Positions 8,555-15,330 of a DNA stretch of 64,000 bases are shown in pieces. Position 1 is the stretch's first letter, and the number at the start of each line of letters is the position of its first letter. The stretch comes from Sporichthyaceae bacterium (GTDB lineage Bacteria > Actinomycetota > Actinomycetes > Sporichthyales > Sporichthyaceae). The notes beneath the pieces are model-generated. The model did no database searches, was not told where the DNA came from, and saw only the letters and a list, made by a program, of their open reading frames with translations. The stretch covers positions 6,192 to 70,191 of the forward strand of contig JBQTIB010000074.1 of the NCBI GenBank assembly GCA_052389435.1, given 5' to 3'. The translations under genes were made by a program, and so were the position numbers.

Positions 8555-10333
8555 GTGCCCCCGGAGGTTCGGCCGGGGGACCAGAACTCCGGGGGGAGAT
8601 CGATGGGCAACGCGCGGAGCGTGCTGCACGGCGACGTGCTCGAGCAGCTGCGCCTCGCCGAGCTGCTCGGCCCGGGGTCGACGGCGGAGGCGAGCCGCAG
8701 CTCGACCCCGACCGAGCCCTCGCGGCCCGACGTGCTCGCGGCGCGCCTGGTCGAGGCGGTGCAGAACGGCACGCCGCTGCGCGAGGTGGCGGGCAAGCTG
8801 GGCCGCCTGGCGGCCCTGTCCGGAGACCGCGACGGGGCCCTGCGCCTTGCGGACCTGACCCTCGCGGACGACTCGGCTCCCGACCGGGACATCGCCGTCA
8901 CCGTCGCCGCCGCCGTGCTGGCCGGGCGTGGCCTGCTCAGCCGGTCCGCCGCGCTGCACCGGTGGTACGCCGGGCGCGACGGCGCCGCGACGCCCGCCGC
9001 GGTTCCGGCCCTGCTCGGCACCGGCGACCTCGCCGGAGCTCGCACGGCCTTCGCCGGTTCCGGTGGCGCGCTGCCGACGTGCGAGAGCGCGACGCAGGCC
9101 CTCATCGCCGAGGGGCTGCTGGAGAGCGTGCAGGGTGCGCCGAGCGCGGCGCTGTCGATGCTCGCCCGCGCCGCCCGCCTCCTGGAGCCGATGGGCCGCA
9201 GCGTGCTGCTGGCCGACTCCCCCGCCGCGCTCACCGCGGTGGTCGCCCTGAACTGCGCCGAGTTCGACGTCGCCGACTCCGTCTTGACCGGAGCCGCGCG
9301 GGCCGAGGTCGGCGGACCCTTCACCTCCGACCGGCACCGGGTCCTGCGAGCCTGGACCGCCATGCAGCGTGGGGATCTGACGCGGGCTCGGGATCTCGCG
9401 GCGGCGCCGTCGGGTGTGGCCCTGGAGCCGCGCGAAGAGCTGATGGCGGCGGCGATCGAGGTCGGGATCGCCCGACGCGACGGCGACCTCGGCGCGCTGC
9501 TGCCCGCGTGGCAGCGGGCGCGGCAGGCCATCGTGCGGCACCCCGTCGACCTGTTCTCCCTGCATCCGCTCGGCGAGCTCGCGGTGGCCGCGGCCCGGCT
9601 GGAGGAGGAGCGTTGGATCGCTCCGCACCTGGCCGAGGCGTGGGCGATCCTGGCCGCGCTGGGCCGGCCGGCGCTGTGGTCGACGCCGCTGCACTGGTAC
9701 GCGGTGCAGGCCGCGGTGATGTCCGCGCGACCGTCCGACGCCGAGCCGCACGTGACCGCGCTGGAGTCCGCGTCCGCCGCGAATCCGCAGGCCGGAGTGT
9801 TGGCCGACGCGGCTCGGTGTTGGTTGGCGCTGCTCGACGGGCGGGTCGACGCAGCCGCGGTCCAGCGGGCGGCGAGGGCGCTGCACAACATCGGGCACGC
9901 CTGGGACGCCTCCCGGCTGGCCGGGCAGGCCGCGGTGCGCGCGTCGGACCGATCCGACATGGCGATCCTGCTCAGCTGCGCACGAAGCCTCCGACCCAAC
10001 GCGGCGCCCGTCTTCGACGAGCCCGCCGAGTCGACGTCGACTACCGCTGCGACCTCGCCCTCGGGCTCGCCCACGAGCGAGCGCGCTGCGGCGGTGGCCG
10101 GTCCCCGTCGGGCTCCGGACCCGCGCCAGAGCGAGGGCCTTGGCCTGTCCGAGCGCGAGCGCGACGTCGCGCGACTGCTCGTCGACGGACTGACCTACAA
10201 GGAGATCGGGGCGACCCTGTTCATCTCCGCCAAGACCGTCGAGCACCACATCGCCCGCATCCGCCACCGCATCGGCGCGGCCACGCGAGGCGAACTCTTC
10301 TCCCGCCTCCGCGCGGAGCTCGCGGCGGGCTAG
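8555..10333 (+). CDS. Large LuxR-family transcriptional regulator (helical N-terminal region plus C-terminal HTH)
   Basis: C-terminal LSERERDVARLLVDGLTYKEIGATLFISAKTVEHHIARIRHRIG is a canonical LuxR/GerE HTH. Strong SD upstream of the GTG at 8555. No Walker A motif seen in the N-terminal 500 aa. Confidence 0.75.
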   Translation: MPPEVRPGDQNSGGRSMGNARSVLHGDVLEQLRLAELLGPGSTAEASRSSTPTEPSRPDVLAARLVEAVQNGTPLREVAGKLGRLAALSGDRDGALRLADLTLADDSAPDRDIAVTVAAAVLAGRGLLSRSAALHRWYAGRDGAATPAAVPALLGTGDLAGARTAFAGSGGALPTCESATQALIAEGLLESVQGAPSAALSMLARAARLLEPMGRSVLLADSPAALTAVVALNCAEFDVADSVLTGAARAEVGGPFTSDRHRVLRAWTAMQRGDLTRARDLAAAPSGVALEPREELMAAAIEVGIARRDGDLGALLPAWQRARQAIVRHPVDLFSLHPLGELAVAAARLEEERWIAPHLAEAWAILAALGRPALWSTPLHWYAVQAAVMSARPSDAEPHVTALESASAANPQAGVLADAARCWLALLDGRVDAAAVQRAARALHNIGHAWDASRLAGQAAVRASDRSDMAILLSCARSLRPNAAPVFDEPAESTSTTAATSPSGSPTSERAAAVAGPRRAPDPRQSEGLGLSERERDVARLLVDGLTYKEIGATLFISAKTVEHHIARIRHRIGAATRGELFSRLRAELAAG

Positions 10334-10342
10334 AACGTCAGA

Positions 10343-10491
10343 TGGCTCTGGAGGCTGTCAGCCGCCACAGTCACGCGAACCGGAAATTTCGCGCGCGGAC
10401 ATGACTGTGGAGGCTGTCAGCCGCCACAGTCATCCACGCCGAGAATCTCGCGACTACGAATGACTGTGGGAGCTGACAGCCTCCACGGTCA
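10343..10491. repeat. Three copies of a 31-nt imperfect palindrome at a 59-nt period (REP/BIME-like composite) between convergent genes
   Basis: Copies at 10343-10373 tggctctggaggctgtcagccgccacagtca, 10402-10432 tgactgtggaggctgtcagccgccacagtca and 10461-10491 tgactgtgggagctgacagcctccacggtca (flipped form). The 28-nt spacers are related to each other. The flank at 10492-10530 resembles the reverse complement of spacer 1. Confidence 0.8.
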
Positions 10492-10556
10492 CGGCGGTCG
10501 GACGTCCGCGCGAAATCGGTTGTGGCGGAGGGCGTCGCTCCAGAGATCGGCCGTCC

Positions 10557-12071
10557 TCAGACCTCGGGCAGGGTGGCCAGCAGGCCCTCGCAGGTGCGGG
10601 CGACGACACGCGCCGCGTCCGCGACCACTCGCACCGAGACGGGGTTGTCGGCTCGGCGGCGCCATCTCGTCAGGACGTCCGTCGCCACCGCTCGCTGGGC
10701 CGCGGCCGGCGCGTCGGAGTCCAGGCCCAGCCGGTCCAGGGTGCTCTGGCCGTTGCCGCCGAGGATGCGCTCCGCCTCGGCGCAGGCGTCCGGGGCCAGC
10801 GGGACGCCGCCGCCGCGCAGGCGCCCGAGCAGGCCGAGCTCGACGAACTCGTGGGCCCCGGCGGTGATGCGCTCGATCTCGCCGAGCAGGGCCGCAGAGC
10901 CCTCGGTGGGCAGTTCGCGCGCGATCTGTTCGACGACGGCCAGCGCGGAGCGGGCCTTCAGCAGACCGGCGCGCTCGGTGAACAGCGCGCCGAGGGTTTT
11001 CGTCAGCTCGTGCAGACCGCTGCGTCGCACGAGTTCGGTCGCAAGCGAGGGAGCGTCGGCGCAGCCCTGCCGGATCAGCGGCAGCGCGATCCGCACGCCG
11101 AACAGGCCGAGGCGCGCCAGCAGCGCGGAGCGCACTTGCGCCGAGGGAATTCCCGTCATGTGCGGCGGGAACGGCCCGACGAAGCGATCCGCGGACAGCA
11201 GCATCGAATCGACGAGCGTCCGGTCGCCATTGGCCAGCTGCTCCAGGGCCGCGAATTCGTCCTGACGCAGCGTCTGACCGGTCTCGGCGAGCAGACCCGC
11301 AATGGGAAGCACGGTCTGACACAGGGCTCGGACGGTGTCGTCGGCCCGTAGCCGGCGGGCGATCTGGTTGGCCGAGGTCAAGGCGTCGACGCGGCCGGCG
11401 CCGATCTCGTCGGCCCGAGACAGCACGGCGATCGTGTTGACCGGCGAGGAGCCGGAACCCGAGGTGGCGTGAAAGGACTGCAGGAAGGAGACGTCGTCTG
11501 CGTGCACGTGACGCATCAGGTACAGCACCGCGTCGGCGGAGCCCGGGTCGCCCGGCGGGGTGAGCGAGCCGCGATCGGCGAAGAAGGCCTCGGTGCGAGC
11601 GGACAGTTCGGCGCGCGCGGACGCGATGCCGGGGGTGTCGATGAGCGTGCTCGAGGCCAGTTCGCCCGAGGGCCAGTCGACGACGATCCGCTCGATCTCC
11701 TCGGCCGGAATGCCGTCGAGGTCGAATTCGAGGCGCCCGTCGGTCCGCCGAATCGGCACCTCCCAGCCGGGACCGGCCACGGGGTGGACGAGGATGCGCG
11801 GCATCGCGGCGTCCCGGTACCAGGTGACGATGCGAGTGCACTCCCCCGCGTCTGTCGGCGCGATCATCTCCCCGACGAGCGCGTTGAGCAGAGTCGACTT
11901 GCCCGCCTTGACCTTGCCGGCGATCGCCACGCGGATGGGGCCGTGCAGTCGATCGGCGGCCATGTCCAGGCGCGCCTGCACGTAGGGGTGGTCGCGGTAG
12001 AGGTCCGCGGCTCGGCGCAGCAGGCCGTCGACCTCGGCGGCGAGGTCGGGGCGGGTGATCGTGGTGGTCAT
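10557..12071 (-). CDS. iniC: Dynamin-like GTPase, IniC-like
   Basis: Starting at the ATG at 12071: MTTTITRPDLAAEVDGLL...IAGKVKAGKSTLLNALVG (P-loop)...LIDTPG. Start overlaps the upstream stop (ATGA). No TM segment. Confidence 0.75.
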   Translation of the reverse strand: MTTTITRPDLAAEVDGLLRRAADLYRDHPYVQARLDMAADRLHGPIRVAIAGKVKAGKSTLLNALVGEMIAPTDAGECTRIVTWYRDAAMPRILVHPVAGPGWEVPIRRTDGRLEFDLDGIPAEEIERIVVDWPSGELASSTLIDTPGIASARAELSARTEAFFADRGSLTPPGDPGSADAVLYLMRHVHADDVSFLQSFHATSGSGSSPVNTIAVLSRADEIGAGRVDALTSANQIARRLRADDTVRALCQTVLPIAGLLAETGQTLRQDEFAALEQLANGDRTLVDSMLLSADRFVGPFPPHMTGIPSAQVRSALLARLGLFGVRIALPLIRQGCADAPSLATELVRRSGLHELTKTLGALFTERAGLLKARSALAVVEQIARELPTEGSAALLGEIERITAGAHEFVELGLLGRLRGGGVPLAPDACAEAERILGGNGQSTLDRLGLDSDAPAAAQRAVATDVLTRWRRRADNPVSVRVVADAARVVARTCEGLLATLPEV

Positions 12072-13927
12072 CGGGTCGCCTTCGCCAGAGAGGTCTTCGC
12101 GACGGGACGCAGGTCCATCGCCGATCGCTGAACCGCGGCGATCGCGCGCGCGTGCTCGCGCAGCTTCGCCACCCGAGCGTCGCGCCCGGAGGAGTCGGCC
12201 CGCGCGGCGTCCTCGGCGACGCGCACCTGCTCCCGCAGCGAAGTCTCGACTTCGGTGGCAAGCGCGGTGAAGTGGTCGCGGAGTTGGCGGCTCACGTCGC
12301 GCAGGAGGTCGCGGGAATCCTTGCCGACGTGGAAGACGACGTCGTCCGCGTAGCGACGCACGGCATTCTTCGCCTCGGTCTGACGACGACTCAGATGGCG
12401 CTTCTTCTCGTCGCGCACGCTGCGCTGGCCGAGCAGCAGGCCGGCGCCGACGGAGAACGGGTTGAGCAGGGCCATGCCGGCGACGGTGGAGAACATGCCG
12501 AACATCAGCGCGCCGACGTAGCCGCCGCGGATCGCGGTGAGCGCCTGCTCGCCGAGGCTCGGGTCCTCCTCGCCGCCGAGCACGATCGGGCGCAGGTCCG
12601 CCAGCGTCGGCGAGGAGGGAGCCAGCCGCAGCGAGGGCAGGTCGAGCCGGCCCTCTTCCGCGAAGTGGGCTGCGACCTGTTCGGCGAGCCATCGCGATCG
12701 CTCGTGCGCCCACACGAAGTTGGCCGACGTCGCCGCCGCGACCTGCTCTGCCATCCAGGGCGCGAACTCGACCCAGACCACCGCCGGGTCCCCGAGAAGC
12801 TCGATTTCCTCCTCGGCGTTGCGGACGATTTCGCGCATTCGATCGCGCAGGTCGTACTCGATGTCGCCGGACAGGTCCGCGACTCCGTCGGTCAGCGTCT
12901 GGGACCAGCGGGCGGACCGGTCGCGCAGGGCGGCCATCCGCGCCTTGGCCTCGTTCAGTTCGCCGACGAGCTTGGAGACGGAGGCCGGATTCTCGGCGGC
13001 GGCGAGTTCGGTGGCAACCGTCGTCGCCAACTGCTCGGTCACCCCCAGCACGGAGTTCGCGACGGCCCGGCAGGACACGGCCTCGGCGTCGTAGACGATG
13101 TCGTTGAGGTGCTCGGCAAGCGCCGGGAAGCCGGACTCGACGTTCAGGCCGTTGTCGTTGCGCTCGAGCGCCAACCAGCGCAGCACCGAGGAGACGGGGA
13201 GCGTCTTCGCCTCGATCCCGGCGGCGAGCAGGTGGCCCTGGTTCAGTTCCTGGATGCGGCGCCACTCCGGGTAGAGGTCGACCTTGGTGAGCACGCACGC
13301 GAGGTTGGGGCACAGCTTCACCGCGTGGGCGAGGAACTCCAACTCGGCGGCGGTGAACTCCTGCGCGGCGTCGGAGACCAGCAGCACGGCGTCCGCGCCG
13401 GCGAGCGCGGCGAGGGTGGTCGTGGCCCGGATCGAGCCGAGTCCACCGACCCCGGGGGTGTCCACGAGTTCCAGCCCCTGGGCCAGGAGCTTGGCCGGGA
13501 TCCCGACCTCGACCAGCGCCAGGCCCTCGCGGTTGCCCGGATTCCCGGCTTCGGCGACGTGCCCGGCCAGCGCCTCCATCGACACCTCGCGGCGCTCGAC
13601 GGTCGGCGGGGCGGGCTCGCCGTCGGGCCCACGCTCCCCCGACACTTCGCGGACCAGGCTCACCGTGGGCTGCTCGGCCCACCGGACGGCGGTGGGAACC
13701 GAGGTTGCGATGTCGTCGTCGACGGGACACACCTGGGCCCGAACCAGCGCGTTGACCAACTGACTCTTGCCCTGCTTGAACTCCCCGATCACCAGCACGC
13801 GGACGCGGTCGTCGGTGAAGCGGTCCCGGGTGCGGCCCAGGCGGGCCACCAGGTCGTCACGGCCGTGGTGCTGGGCGAGCGCGAGCGCCGCGTCGACCGT
13901 TTCGACCAGTTCCTCGGGTGCCGACAC
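12068..13927 (-). CDS. iniA: Dynamin-like GTPase with membrane paddle, IniA-like
   Basis: GTG at 13927 preceded by AGGAGA. VIGEFKQGKSQLVNAL (P-loop), LVDTPGVGG, TKVD, and a hydrophobic hairpin GGYVGALMFGMFSTVAGMALLNPFSVGAGLLLG. Confidence 0.8.
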   Translation of the reverse strand: MSAPEELVETVDAALALAQHHGRDDLVARLGRTRDRFTDDRVRVLVIGEFKQGKSQLVNALVRAQVCPVDDDIATSVPTAVRWAEQPTVSLVREVSGERGPDGEPAPPTVERREVSMEALAGHVAEAGNPGNREGLALVEVGIPAKLLAQGLELVDTPGVGGLGSIRATTTLAALAGADAVLLVSDAAQEFTAAELEFLAHAVKLCPNLACVLTKVDLYPEWRRIQELNQGHLLAAGIEAKTLPVSSVLRWLALERNDNGLNVESGFPALAEHLNDIVYDAEAVSCRAVANSVLGVTEQLATTVATELAAAENPASVSKLVGELNEAKARMAALRDRSARWSQTLTDGVADLSGDIEYDLRDRMREIVRNAEEEIELLGDPAVVWVEFAPWMAEQVAAATSANFVWAHERSRWLAEQVAAHFAEEGRLDLPSLRLAPSSPTLADLRPIVLGGEEDPSLGEQALTAIRGGYVGALMFGMFSTVAGMALLNPFSVGAGLLLGQRSVRDEKKRHLSRRQTEAKNAVRRYADDVVFHVGKDSRDLLRDVSRQLRDHFTALATEVETSLREQVRVAEDAARADSSGRDARVAKLREHARAIAAVQRSAMDLRPVAKTSLAKATR

Positions 13928-13989
13928 TCGCGTCTCCTGCCTGTATGCCGGATGCCGGAGCCACGACACGGCACTCCAGTCGACCCCTA

Positions 13990-14025
13990 GTTCACAGGAC
14001 AACACTCTGTTCACACTGACAACAC
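13990..14025 (-). promoter_or_regulatory. Tandem direct repeat (candidate operator/promoter element) upstream of iniA
   Basis: Plus-strand GTTCACAGGACAACAC tct GTTCACACTGACAACAC, a 19-nt period, in an A+T-richer patch 63-98 nt upstream of the iniA start and downstream of the iniB terminator. Confidence 0.35.
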
Positions 14026-14048
14026 GCGGCAGGCCGCCCGCCGAACGC

Positions 14049-14098
14049 AAAAAAGGACCAGCCCCATCCCGACTGGCGTATCGAGATGGGGCCGGTCC
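14049..14098 (-). terminator. Rho-independent terminator after iniB, inside the ini operon
   Basis: The minus strand reads ggaccggccccatc-(16-nt loop)-gatggggctggtcc followed by TTTTTT. It lies about 130 nt downstream of the iniB stop. Confidence 0.7.
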
Positions 14099-14229
14099 AG
14101 TTTCACCCCGACCTTCGCGCAGGCGTCTAGTGCGCGACCCGCGGGCAGGCGGGCGTCGAGGTGTCCCCCTCGTCGCGATGCCCCCTCAGTTCCCCCTGGG
14201 GCACGCGACCGGAGTCGCCTGTGGGTTGG

Positions 14230-15087
14230 CTACAGCAGACCGTTCTGCAGGACGTTCTGCAGGTCGAGGTCGTGGATGCCCTCGGTGAGGACGTCGGTCA
14301 GGAACGGGCTGTCGTTCAGCACGTTGTTGGCGAGCTCGTTGAGGCTGCCGTTGAGGATGTCGTTGATGTTCGCGACGTTGAGGACGTTGACGTTGCCGAC
14401 GTCGACGACGTCCTTCGCACCGATGAGGCCACCGACGTGGTCGATGTCGCCACCTGCGACGCCCTGGCCGAAGACCGCGCCGCCCTGCTCGAAGTTGAAG
14501 TCGCGTCCGGCGTTGCGGTCGCCCTGGATCTCGTTGCCGTTGCGGTCGGCCGAGTTGTCGTTCTGGTTGACCGACTGGTCGTTGCCGTTGCCGAGGACGT
14601 TCTCCCGCCCACCGAGGGAGTACTGGTCGTTGCCGACCGTGGAGCCGCCCTGGTCCGCCGAGGACGACTGGACGCCGCTGGCCGGGCCGGTGACCTCGTC
14701 GTTGTCCTGGACGTCGTCGTCGCTGTAGCGGTTGTAGGAGTCGTCGGCGTACTTCTGGTAGCTGTCCTCGATCTCGGTTTCCTTGCGCGGGCCGCCGCCG
14801 TGGCTGACGTAGGAGCGGTCCGAGTCGGCGATCTTGTGGTTCTCGACGATCTCGCGGATCTGCTCGGCCGGCTCCTTCGCGGAGGAGGTGTCGGCCTGCT
14901 CGTAGGGCTTGACCTGCTTCACGGACGGGTTGTCCAGCAGGAACGGGCGTGCGTCGCGGATGTCGGAGCCGCAGATCGAGCTCATGCCCGCGGCGGACAT
15001 GGCCGCCTTCGGGTCCTGGGCGAAGGCCTCGCGGGCCTCGGTGTCCTTGAGCAGGGTCACGATCCAGTCGAGCAGGGAGGTCGCCAT
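14230..15087 (-). CDS. iniB: IniB N-terminal-domain protein with an Asp/Asn/Gly-rich low-complexity body
   Basis: Starting at the ATG at 15087: MATSLLDWIVTLLKDTEAREAFAQDPKAAMSAAGM parallels the M. tuberculosis IniB N-terminus (MTSLIDYILSLFRSEDAARSFVAAPGRAMTSAGL). The rest is D/N/G/Q-rich and ends in NVLNVANINDILNGSLNELANNVLND...LQNVLQNGLL. The 938-aa track ORF is an artefactual extension. Confidence 0.7.
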   Translation of the reverse strand: MATSLLDWIVTLLKDTEAREAFAQDPKAAMSAAGMSSICGSDIRDARPFLLDNPSVKQVKPYEQADTSSAKEPAEQIREIVENHKIADSDRSYVSHGGGPRKETEIEDSYQKYADDSYNRYSDDDVQDNDEVTGPASGVQSSSADQGGSTVGNDQYSLGGRENVLGNGNDQSVNQNDNSADRNGNEIQGDRNAGRDFNFEQGGAVFGQGVAGGDIDHVGGLIGAKDVVDVGNVNVLNVANINDILNGSLNELANNVLNDSPFLTDVLTEGIHDLDLQNVLQNGLL

Positions 15088-15330
15088 TGCCGTCCACCTT
15101 CGGTTGTTGTGAGTCTGTCCGGCTCCGGTTGGTCCGGACCGCTGAGACGAAGTTAGAAGCGGGGCGGGGGGCCGCGAATCGGGGAAAAGCCCCCATCCCC
15201 GGGGGATCGCTAGGGGGATTCGTCCGGTCTGACCCATGAAGTCCTGAAGGTTCCTTTTCCTGGGCAAGGGCGCGAACCAGTGATGCCCGAGTGTCTGATG
15301 TGACTGGTGCGAACAAAGGGGGCAGCTGGG
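15088..15330. promoter_or_regulatory. Divergent intergenic region between iniB and the Hsp70-like gene
   Basis: A 243-bp gap between divergent genes. SD-like AAGGTGGA precedes iniB and AAGGGGG precedes the ATG at 15331. No hexamers assigned. Confidence 0.4.

Noticed and set aside
10343-10491. CRISPR array (31-nt repeats, 28-nt spacers)
   Set aside because: Only three copies, and the two spacers are homologous to each other. The third repeat is in the flipped orientation with flanks forming a larger inverted repeat. No cas genes or leader are present in the window. This fits REP/BIME- or MITE-like elements better.
10557-13927. Calling the dynamin pair an Eleos (LeoA/LeoBC) anti-phage system
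   Set aside because: The pair is preceded by a gene with a clear IniB-type N-terminus and has the IniA (paddle) / IniC (soluble) architecture and coupling. The housekeeping-like iniBAC interpretation is therefore better supported. A defence role cannot be excluded without phylogeny.
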